From IMG/VR virus record IMGVR_UViG_3300024348_000008: DNA of 64,000 nt; one strand, given 5' to 3'. The notes beneath the pieces were generated by a model. That model saw nothing but the letters and a program-made list of their open reading frames with translations. It was not told where the DNA came from and searched no databases. A program made the position numbers and the translations under genes. Below, one piece after another: positions 49,498-57,803 of this stretch. The number at the start of each line of letters is the position of its first letter. Within the stretch, counting starts at the first letter, position 1. Source of the DNA: a virus.

Positions 49498-49673
49498 TGG
49501 CAACAATGAGAACAGCAACATTTTACGATGGGCCTTCAACGCCTACCGCTGATGATGACGATAAGCTTATTATCGATTACGATGATAACACACAAAAGAT
49601 TTTTGATAAAGACAGCAATGTCTCTGCCGAAGATACAAAAGTTAAAGCAATTTATAATGCTTGCTTTAGTTAA
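49497..49673 (+). CDS. 58-aa acidic protein missing from the ORF track (MATMRTATFYDGPS...KAIYNACFS), putative fibre partner
   Basis: TAATG coupling to the fibre stop, GAGGA RBS, open frame to TAA at 49671..49673. Confidence 0.7.
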   Translation: MATMRTATFYDGPSTPTADDDDKLIIDYDDNTQKIFDKDSNVSAEDTKVKAIYNACFS

Positions 49674-49694
49674 TTAATTATATAGGAAAATAAA

Positions 49695-49982
49695 ATGGCA
49701 ATTACATATAAAATAGACGAAACCTTTACTGGTAAAAGAACTACATCAATGCCTGATCCGGATAATGAAGGTGAAACTATTGATGAAGAAAATGATGTTA
49801 GAGATGTTATAGTAACATTTACTTCAGACTCTCCGGCTCTTACTCATACTAGAAACGTTAACGTTTGTTATAAAGCTGATGGTACTACATATGACGCCGA
49901 TGCAACAATAGCTAGAATTGAAGAAGTAGCATTAGGTATCGCACATAAAGTAGATATCGGTGTTATAGCACCAGCTAGTTAG
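49695..49982 (+). CDS. small acidic hypothetical protein, fibre-associated
   Basis: AGGA RBS, 95 aa, downstream of an S74 fibre. Confidence 0.65.
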   Translation: MAITYKIDETFTGKRTTSMPDPDNEGETIDEENDVRDVIVTFTSDSPALTHTRNVNVCYKADGTTYDADATIARIEEVALGIAHKVDIGVIAPAS

Positions 49983-49994
49983 TAGGAATAAAAC

Positions 49995-50465
49995 ATGGGA
50001 GTTCCTAATAGTAATCCCACTTCACTTAGCGTTGTAACTACAGAGTTTGGCGGAGGTGGATCTATGCGGGCTGCTGCTGCAGCTGCGGGTTTATCTACAC
50101 CAGACGGTTTAGCCGAATTCAAAGGAATGTCTGCTGCGTGGTCAACAACTATGACAATAGGATCACAAACTGCCAAACCTGGTACAAGATATGGTTATAT
50201 TCCAGGAGTTTCAGTAGGAAGTTTAGGAGATACTACTGTTGATACTTTAAGTGGTACACAAATTAACGGTCTACATACTAACTTTTCGGGAGTAGGAGTA
50301 TTATTAACATGGAATGGAAGTTTGCAGACTGGCTGGACATCAATAACAATAGGATCAAATACTATTAATAGATCATCGTTTAGCACATATAGTACTGTAC
50401 ATTCACTTACTTCTGGTAATTATATAGCCACTTCAGGAACTCAAACTATAACGTTTAATATTTAG
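49995..50465 (+). CDS. Gly/Ser/Thr-rich protein, possible fibre-tip adhesin (gp38-like position)
   Basis: N-terminal PTSLSVVTTEFGG..LAEFKG attachment-like motif; follows an S74-matured fibre. Confidence 0.5.
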   Translation: MGVPNSNPTSLSVVTTEFGGGGSMRAAAAAAGLSTPDGLAEFKGMSAAWSTTMTIGSQTAKPGTRYGYIPGVSVGSLGDTTVDTLSGTQINGLHTNFSGVGVLLTWNGSLQTGWTSITIGSNTINRSSFSTYSTVHSLTSGNYIATSGTQTITFNI

Positions 50466-50479
50466 AATTCGAATTTATT

Positions 50480-51766
50480 ATGAACATATTGAACTATAAT
50501 TTGCCTAAGGCACATTTCCACTCATTAATAGAATTAGTAAAATCGGGTCATATAGTATATACTAATTGGCATGATACCACAAAGTATGAACCGTCTTTTG
50601 GAATAAATCATCTAGAAAATAATGATAATCTTATTGTAGCCACAGCTTCTGGCCCATTTATAAATGATGAAGAAAAAGAAGAAAGACAAAATGAGTTAAT
50701 ATCCCTTACAGAAAAGCTTATTAATGAATATAATATAGATATTTTACAAGTATGTATTCCAACTGCTGGGTTTCTTCATGATCATTTTGCCGATAAAGTA
50801 CAATATATAGGTCCTTCTGTAAAGGCAAGTAGATTAGAAACAGACAAACTTTATTCAAAATATTTAGCCCAAGAGCTAAAATATAAAATACCTAAACTTA
50901 TACGTAGTGGTAAATATTCGAATGAAAATTACTGTAAAGATTTAACATTTCCATGTATAGAAAAACCATCATATACTTGGAATCCAGCGTGTATATTTAA
51001 TTCTGAAAAAGACGCTCAACGAGCGATAGAGCAATTTCGAAATAGGGAATGGCCTAGACATCAAGATTTTCATTATTATATTGAAGAATATATACATGAT
51101 ATGATAGAAACTAATGTATTTTTTGTTATATCTAATGGAAAATATGTTATAACACACACTCAACAAATAATAGGAGAAAATCTTAATAAAACTGTTGATG
51201 CAAACGTTTGGTATTTTGGTTCATATATTAAACCACTTACAAAAGAAAATGATTTATTGGTAAGACAAAAGGCTCATAATTATTTAAATTATATTGCTAA
51301 AATGGATGGTTGGAAAAATTATGGGTGTTGGGAAGGAAGTTTTTGTGGAGCATTAACTTCTGATAATGAATGGTATTTTTTAGAAGTAAATGTTCGACCA
51401 GATATATTTAACAGTACTCCAATATTTATGACAGGAGACGAATATCTTAAAGGAATGTTTGAAGATATTAATATAATAGAAAATGCATGGAAAGATAAAA
51501 ATATAGAAAAGTTATTAATAACAACAAATGATTCATCTAATGAATATCCTATACATTTACATGACAAATATGGAGTATCATATCCTAATAATTTAGAAAT
51601 TGGAGATAATGGAAAATATTTTGGTAGTATTTATGGAATAACAAATCATAATAATCAATTAACTGGCTCTGGTACAATAATAGCAGATGTGAATATACCT
51701 ATAGAATTTATAAAAGAAATAGAAGAAACTACAGATTGGACATTTAATGAAGAACCTAATATATAA
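50480..51766 (+). CDS. divergent ATP-grasp ligase, PurD/GARS-like fold
   Basis: YIGPSVKASRLETDKLYSK..IP, FPCIEKP, YYIEEYI and YFLEVNVRP align by eye with PurD ATP-grasp motifs; PurD-specific loops absent. Confidence 0.7.
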   Translation: MNILNYNLPKAHFHSLIELVKSGHIVYTNWHDTTKYEPSFGINHLENNDNLIVATASGPFINDEEKEERQNELISLTEKLINEYNIDILQVCIPTAGFLHDHFADKVQYIGPSVKASRLETDKLYSKYLAQELKYKIPKLIRSGKYSNENYCKDLTFPCIEKPSYTWNPACIFNSEKDAQRAIEQFRNREWPRHQDFHYYIEEYIHDMIETNVFFVISNGKYVITHTQQIIGENLNKTVDANVWYFGSYIKPLTKENDLLVRQKAHNYLNYIAKMDGWKNYGCWEGSFCGALTSDNEWYFLEVNVRPDIFNSTPIFMTGDEYLKGMFEDINIIENAWKDKNIEKLLITTNDSSNEYPIHLHDKYGVSYPNNLEIGDNGKYFGSIYGITNHNNQLTGSGTIIADVNIPIEFIKEIEETTDWTFNEEPNI

Positions 51767-52472
51767 ATATGAAATCAATAATTACGAAGAAGTTAACAAA
51801 AATTTATTAGATTTTTTTGATACATTACCAACTAAAATAGGTACTCAAGAATATAATTTAGGTATTAGTAAATTTGATGGTCATAATCATTATACCTCTC
51901 CATTCTTACCACCCGAATGGCAATATCAAGATTTAACAAATGACTATCTACTAGATTTAACATTATCTAATAATACAAAACCCGAACTTGAACCTACTCC
52001 TTGGAAAGTATATGAAGAACAAGAACCTCATGTTGCTTACAAGAAAATATTTTTAGATTCTGCAGAAAATAAATTTCGCGAACATGCTAAATTTCATATT
52101 CAACCAGAAATAACCGGTTTAGAATATAGATTTAATATTATGCATATGTGGTATCATCAAATGAAAAAATCAGACTTTATTAGTTGGGATAATCATCAAT
52201 ATTGTCAATGGTCTGGTGTATATTTTATAGAAATACCTGATACAAAGTATATTACTGAGTTTTTAGATCCAGAAACACAACAAATTATAAAACCAGACGC
52301 AAAAGCCGGTGATATGCTTATATTTCCTTCTTGGTTATTGCATCGTGCACCAATAATAGAAGATGATGTACGTAAAAGTATTATAGCATGGAATATGGAT
52401 ATTTGTTATGTATTTCCAGATAAACACATAAAAAAATTAAAAGAGACGCATCCAGAAAATTGGAAGTTATAA
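51747..52472 (+). CDS. 2OG-Fe(II) oxygenase-like protein (TIGR02466-type DSBH fold)
   Basis: MWY..DNH..WSGVYFI..AGDMLIFPSWLLH..RKSIIAWN. Confidence 0.72.
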   Translation: MKNLIYKYEINNYEEVNKNLLDFFDTLPTKIGTQEYNLGISKFDGHNHYTSPFLPPEWQYQDLTNDYLLDLTLSNNTKPELEPTPWKVYEEQEPHVAYKKIFLDSAENKFREHAKFHIQPEITGLEYRFNIMHMWYHQMKKSDFISWDNHQYCQWSGVYFIEIPDTKYITEFLDPETQQIIKPDAKAGDMLIFPSWLLHRAPIIEDDVRKSIIAWNMDICYVFPDKHIKKLKETHPENWKL

Positions 52473-52516
52473 ATAGATCTAGACAGATTAATGGTAAACT
52501 TTAAAGAGTATAAATA
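52468..52516 (+). promoter_or_regulatory. tandem late promoters (52468..52475 and 52509..52516); the second is 13 nt before the ATG
   Basis: two exact TATAAATA. Confidence 0.75.
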
Positions 52517-52521
52517 GAACT

Positions 52522-53223
52522 ATGGAATATAAAATCACAGCCTTAACATTAGTTGAAATGCAAGATTTAATAGATGACGGGACTTTTTCTAGTTGTTTTC
52601 AATCTTCTTTACCTCAATTAAAACACGCAACAAAGCCAACATATAATTGGGATCATCTTACCGGTGATTTATTAAATGATAATAATATGTACGACGAAAT
52701 TAGGGGTACGTTTATTAATACTTCTGGTTGGGATTCTCATAGAATACAAAAAATAACAGAAAAACCAGATGGTGGAGTAGAACGAATAATTGCATTAAGA
52801 GTTGGTTATTATGGACCAACACAACATTGGATTGATGATGGTGTAGATCAAAGTAATTTTTATTGGGCCCATGTAGAATTAACTAGAAATGATGGAAATG
52901 GTTCTAAATCGTGGATATATGATCCAGATTTTTTAAAAATTGAAGGTCCGTTTTATAAAGCTTTAGGAATTACAAACTGGAAAATGTTAATGGTACCTAA
53001 TACAGATTATACTGATTCAATAACAACTCAAGCTAATTTGAGATTAAATAGTGATTCATTTAAAACACCAATATGGTCAGATTTAGATATTACATATAAT
53101 AGTAGAGATTTTGCAATTAAACATAATGCAAAGGCCGAAAATGAAGATTTCCAACTAGATCTTAATGTACATCCAGATACTGATATTACTAATAGTTGGA
53201 AAAATTTGGAGTTTAATATTTAA
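52522..53223 (+). CDS. hypothetical protein
   Basis: 233-aa ORF with its own late promoter, TAATG-coupled to the next gene. Confidence 0.65.
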   Translation: MEYKITALTLVEMQDLIDDGTFSSCFQSSLPQLKHATKPTYNWDHLTGDLLNDNNMYDEIRGTFINTSGWDSHRIQKITEKPDGGVERIIALRVGYYGPTQHWIDDGVDQSNFYWAHVELTRNDGNGSKSWIYDPDFLKIEGPFYKALGITNWKMLMVPNTDYTDSITTQANLRLNSDSFKTPIWSDLDITYNSRDFAIKHNAKAENEDFQLDLNVHPDTDITNSWKNLEFNI

Positions 53224-54413
53224 TGTCATATTATACCGCAGCAATGAACGTGGGAACAGCAGCTTCACAGAGTGTTGGTGAAACAGGTTTTACTACAATA
53301 ACACAAAATGTTACTGGTACTAATAATCAAAAAATCTTAGTGATATGGAGAACAGCAATACACGATGGAGGATCTGGAGGAAATCTTTATTCTTTTGCAG
53401 CAAGTGATAAAACTAATTGTAGTACAGGACAAATTAGATCTGTTTATAATGGTGCAGACCGACATTGGTTTTGTTGGGTTACTATTACTGGTTCTGGTTC
53501 CTATTCTGTAACGTTTAATGAAATAACGTATGCAATATTTGGATGGGAAACTATATATTATAATAATAGACAAAAATTAGTGGGCACCACTGCACCTGAT
53601 ATAGGTACTCCAGATATAAGTGCCACAGAAATTTTATCGGTTCATAATGAAGGAAATACTCCTTCTGGAGGTATTAAATTTAGTGATTTATATAAAGGTG
53701 GTTCATATGTGCCCAATAATAGTGTAAATGCTAATATTCCTACAAGTGGTTCTATAAGTTATGGTGATTTTGTTAATACTAATAAAACGTGTGCTAATCG
53801 CGGTGATGGTAGTGATACATTAGAAAATATTGTAATAACTGCAGGAATAGCCGGTAGTACTACTTCTAGCGGTGGAGGTGGCGGAAAAGGTGGAGGTACT
53901 ACTTACACTTTTAATTATAGGATAGGATATGGTGAAGCAAATTCTGGATATGGGGATTCTGGTGATTTAGGATCTATTACTGGTGATGGTAAATATAGAG
54001 GATTAGGACTTGGAAGTTATAGTACAAACCCTGATAGAGAAATTACTGCTGCATTTGTTGGGATCACTGGATCTAGTACAACTAATAATTACGTAACTCA
54101 AGGAACAGAAAATTTTAGGATAAGATTTTCCCAAAGGGCCGATAATGCAACATATGAAGGATTAGGTGGAACACACACTAGTGGAAGTGCTACCGCAAGT
54201 AATAGCGTTGCCAATTGGCAACAATGTTTTTGGTGTAATGTCGATGATAATACGGGACAATATGGTATGCTTGATATAGATGATGCAACTTTAACTAACT
54301 ATGAACATGGAAGTAATAATAATTATTCTGATCTTGTGTGGACACACAGTGGTATAACCCAAATGATTAGCGGAGAAACATACGTTTTGGCATTCCTCGA
54401 TTGGGACGTATAA
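53223..54413 (+). CDS. Gly/Ser/Thr/Asn-rich virion-like protein, possible second tip adhesin
   Basis: internal ISATEI..IKFSDLYKGGSYVP..NIPTSGSISYGDF motif; SSGGGGGKGGG loop. Confidence 0.5.
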   Translation: MSYYTAAMNVGTAASQSVGETGFTTITQNVTGTNNQKILVIWRTAIHDGGSGGNLYSFAASDKTNCSTGQIRSVYNGADRHWFCWVTITGSGSYSVTFNEITYAIFGWETIYYNNRQKLVGTTAPDIGTPDISATEILSVHNEGNTPSGGIKFSDLYKGGSYVPNNSVNANIPTSGSISYGDFVNTNKTCANRGDGSDTLENIVITAGIAGSTTSSGGGGGKGGGTTYTFNYRIGYGEANSGYGDSGDLGSITGDGKYRGLGLGSYSTNPDREITAAFVGITGSSTTNNYVTQGTENFRIRFSQRADNATYEGLGGTHTSGSATASNSVANWQQCFWCNVDDNTGQYGMLDIDDATLTNYEHGSNNNYSDLVWTHSGITQMISGETYVLAFLDWDV

Positions 54414-54416
54414 ATA
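54409..54416 (+). promoter_or_regulatory. late promoter for the neck genes
   Basis: exact TATAAATA upstream of gp13. Confidence 0.75.
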
Positions 54417-54435
54417 AAGATATAGAGAGAACAAT

Positions 54436-55410
54436 ATGGCTAAACCAAATTCAAGAGCGACACTTATAGCTTACTGCAAAAGAGCATTAGGTCATCCAGT
54501 GATCGAAATTAATGTTGATGACGATCAGGTTGATGATAGAATCGATGAAGCATTTCAATTTTATAACACGTATCATAGCGATGCAGTAGAAAGAGTATTT
54601 CTTAAGCACTTAGTAACAGCATCGTATTTAACATTATCTGCCTCAGTCGCGGGTAATTTTACCGTAGGTGAAACAATTACAGGAAGCTCATCTGAAGCAA
54701 CTGCAGTTGTAATTGCAGGTTCTGCAGGAGTTAAATTATATTATCCGTATATAACACACGCAACCGTTACTACATTTACAGTAGGTGAAACAGTAACTGG
54801 TGGAGCTTCTGGAACAACCGGTGTTATAAGTTCAATCACTCTAGGTGACATAGAAAAGGGATATTTAGATGTTCCTGATCTTGTTACAAATGTAACTCGT
54901 ATATTCCCTATTAGCGATACTACTACAACTGCTTCATTGTTTGATATTAAATATCAATTACATTTAAATGATATATATTCGTTAGGTTATTTAGGAAGTT
55001 TAGTTAATTATGAAATATCACAACAGTGGTTATCAATGGTAGATCTTATTATTGATAGCGATGATCATCATTATGATTTTAATAGACATCGTAATACGAT
55101 TAGAATCGATATGGATTGGGAAAAAGAAGCAGTTGCAGGACAGACATATTTAATATTAGATTGTCAAAGAATATTAGATCCTGCATCATATACAGATATA
55201 TATGATGATTATTTCTTAAAACAATATGCAACACAATTAATTAAACGACAATGGGGTGCAAATCTTATTAAATTTGAGGGTATGGTAATGCCTGGTGGAG
55301 TTACCTTTAATGGTAGACAATTATTTGATGATGCAAACGAGGCATTAATACAATTAGAAGAACAAGCACGACTCAATTGGGAAGATCCAATTGATTTCAT
55401 GGTGGGGTAA
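54436..55410 (+). CDS. gp13: neck protein gp13
   Basis: MAKPNSRATLIAYCKRALGHPVIEINVDDDQVDDRIDEA; KRQWGANLIKFEGMVMPGGVTFNGRQ. Confidence 0.93.
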   Translation: MAKPNSRATLIAYCKRALGHPVIEINVDDDQVDDRIDEAFQFYNTYHSDAVERVFLKHLVTASYLTLSASVAGNFTVGETITGSSSEATAVVIAGSAGVKLYYPYITHATVTTFTVGETVTGGASGTTGVISSITLGDIEKGYLDVPDLVTNVTRIFPISDTTTTASLFDIKYQLHLNDIYSLGYLGSLVNYEISQQWLSMVDLIIDSDDHHYDFNRHRNTIRIDMDWEKEAVAGQTYLILDCQRILDPASYTDIYDDYFLKQYATQLIKRQWGANLIKFEGMVMPGGVTFNGRQLFDDANEALIQLEEQARLNWEDPIDFMVG

Positions 55411-55415
55411 AATAA

Positions 55416-56354
55416 GTGGCAAGATCTGTTTACTTTTCTCAGGCAGTTAAGTCAGAGCAAAATTTATACGAAGACTTGGTTATTGAATCTTTAAAGATTT
55501 ATGGCCAAGATGTATATTATATGCCTAGAACAATGGTAAGTAGAGATTTTGTTTTAGGTGAAGATAGGGCATCGAAATTTAATGATGCTTATATGATAGA
55601 AGCGTATATAGAAAGTTCTGATGGATTTGAAGGAGCAGGAGATTTATATTCTAAGTTTGGTTTAGAAATTAGAGATGAAGCCACCTTTGTTATCTCACGT
55701 AGACAGTGGGAAAAATATATAGGGTTTTGGAATACTGCTGATATAGTAAGTCCTAAACCTTTAGAAGGTGATATTTTATTTCTTCCTATGACAAATAAAT
55801 TCTTCGAAATTACTTTCGTAGAACATGAACAACCATTTTATCAATTATCTAACTTACCCGTTTATAAACTTCAGTGTTCATTATATGAATATAATGACGA
55901 AGATTTTGAAACTGGTATCGAATCTATTGATGTTGCTCAAGTTACAAGTTCATATCAAGTTACTTTAGATTATAATTGTACTGCTAATGAACATCCAGAA
56001 GCAAGTGAAATTATAACTCAAATATTAACAACATCTCCTAACACTTCAGTGTTTGGTGAAATACAAACAATTACTAAACTATCTCCAACAACGGGTAGAC
56101 TTGGAGTATCTAATATTGGTGTATCTGGTATTGCTGAAGCAAGAGATTTTGTTGTTTCATCTACATTAACTGCTGTTGGTGGAACAAGCGCAAATACAAT
56201 TACAATAACTAAGGTTTACGATATAGGCGATAATAGCATATATGTAGATCCAACTGACGATCAATCGGGTAATTTAACCTTTGAAGTTGAAGCCGATGGT
56301 TTCTTAGACTTCACTGAATCTAATCCGTTTGGCGATGCATCGGAAAATTACTAA
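55416..56354 (+). CDS. gp14: neck protein gp14 (GTG start)
   Basis: SEQNLYEDLVIESLKIYGQDVYY, SKFGLEIRDE, PLEGDI, VEHEQPFYQL, LDFTESNPFG. Confidence 0.93.
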   Translation: MARSVYFSQAVKSEQNLYEDLVIESLKIYGQDVYYMPRTMVSRDFVLGEDRASKFNDAYMIEAYIESSDGFEGAGDLYSKFGLEIRDEATFVISRRQWEKYIGFWNTADIVSPKPLEGDILFLPMTNKFFEITFVEHEQPFYQLSNLPVYKLQCSLYEYNDEDFETGIESIDVAQVTSSYQVTLDYNCTANEHPEASEIITQILTTSPNTSVFGEIQTITKLSPTTGRLGVSNIGVSGIAEARDFVVSSTLTAVGGTSANTITITKVYDIGDNSIYVDPTDDQSGNLTFEVEADGFLDFTESNPFGDASENY

Positions 56355-57373
56355 TGTTTGGAACTCATTTTTATCATTCAACCTTAAGAAAATCCGTAGC
56401 AGTTTTTGGTACGATGTTTAATAATATTAGTGTTATTAGATTAGACGGTTCTGGAGGAGTATTAAATCAAATTAAAGTTCCTCTTTCTTATGGACCTAAA
56501 CAAAAATTCTTATCTAGAATAGACGCTAGTACTGGTTCAGATGCAAGTATGGCTTTAAAACTACCTAGAATGTCATTTGAAATTACAAGTTTAGAACAAG
56601 ATAATACTTCTAAATTAAATAAAATGGCAGTTATTTCAGAAAAACATGCAACAGATTCTTATAAGAAAAAGGTAGTTAAGCATATGTCGCCATATAATAT
56701 TGGTATGCAGCTTACTATTATGGCAAAAAACCAAGATGATGGTTTACAAATTTTAGAACAAATACTTCCATATTTTCAACCTGAATATACCGTTTCTATT
56801 AAACCTATTAATGGTTGGTCATATAAACAAGATGTTCCTATTATTTTAAATAGTACTGCAATAGAAGATGATTATGAAGGTGATTTTGCAACTCGAAGAG
56901 TTCTTATGTATACATTAGATTTTACATTAAAAATGAGATTCTTTGGACCTACTGCAAATACTGCTATAATTAAAGAAATAGATATAGATTACTTTAATAA
57001 AGCTAATACCGACGAAAAATTTTATGGTGTTGATTTAGGACTTAATCCTCTTACGGCTGATCCTGAAGATACACTTATATCTTCTGGAACTCCAGGAGCA
57101 AATGAATATAAAATAACTACCGCATATGATCCTATAGGTGTTCCAGAATCATTCGCAATATATGGTACTGTGTTAAGTGGTACGTTTGTTTCTGGCGAAA
57201 CTATTACTTCTTCGATTTCAAATAATACAATGGAAGTGAGTAATACTGCATATACAACTAATCCTGATACTGGAACAATTACAGTTGCACAACCAACAGG
57301 TTGGTTAAATATAGGTGAAGTTTTGACTGGTTCAACGTCTGGTGCTACAATAACTGTTGCATCATACACATAA
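56354..57373 (+). CDS. gp15: tail sheath stabiliser/terminator gp15 with a C-terminal extension
   Basis: MFGTHFYH..FGTMFNNI, KVPLSYGPKQKFL, LPRMSFEI, QILEQILPYFQP, DDYEGDF..RR. Confidence 0.93.
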   Translation: MFGTHFYHSTLRKSVAVFGTMFNNISVIRLDGSGGVLNQIKVPLSYGPKQKFLSRIDASTGSDASMALKLPRMSFEITSLEQDNTSKLNKMAVISEKHATDSYKKKVVKHMSPYNIGMQLTIMAKNQDDGLQILEQILPYFQPEYTVSIKPINGWSYKQDVPIILNSTAIEDDYEGDFATRRVLMYTLDFTLKMRFFGPTANTAIIKEIDIDYFNKANTDEKFYGVDLGLNPLTADPEDTLISSGTPGANEYKITTAYDPIGVPESFAIYGTVLSGTFVSGETITSSISNNTMEVSNTAYTTNPDTGTITVAQPTGWLNIGEVLTGSTSGATITVASYT

Positions 57374-57386
57374 GATTGGTAATATT

Positions 57387-57803
57387 ATGAATAAAAGAAA
57401 GAAATTAGAAGATAGTCTCGCAAAAAATCTACCACAAAAAGATAGAATTTTAACAACAGACGATATCGATAATAAAGACATAAAAGACGATTATGAATTC
57501 TCACGGGCAACTTATAGAGATTTAATACACAATGGTACAAGATCATTAGATGTTATGTCAGAATTAGCCAGAGAGTCTGAGCATCCTAGAGCTTTCGAAG
57601 TACTTAGCAATTCCATTAAGAATATTGCTGATGTCACGGATAAACTTATGGCTTTACAAACAACAAAGAAAAAATTAAATAAAGAACGTTTAGATGCAAA
57701 TAAGCGTATTACTAATAATAATGTTTTTGTCGGAAGTACTACTGATTTGCAAAAAATGTTAAATTCAAAAAATGAAAATATAATAGAACATGGCGAAGAT
57801 TAA
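57387..57803 (+). CDS. gp16: terminase small subunit gp16 (start placed at ATG 57387)
   Basis: DDYEFSR, ARESEHPRAFEV, NNNVFVGSTTDLQKML. Confidence 0.9.
   Translation: MNKRKKLEDSLAKNLPQKDRILTTDDIDNKDIKDDYEFSRATYRDLIHNGTRSLDVMSELARESEHPRAFEVLSNSIKNIADVTDKLMALQTTKKKLNKERLDANKRITNNNVFVGSTTDLQKMLNSKNENIIEHGED

Noticed and set aside
50480-51766. Calling this gene purD (purine auxiliary metabolic gene)
   Set aside because: PurD signature loops are missing and no other pur genes are adjacent, so the symbol is withheld.
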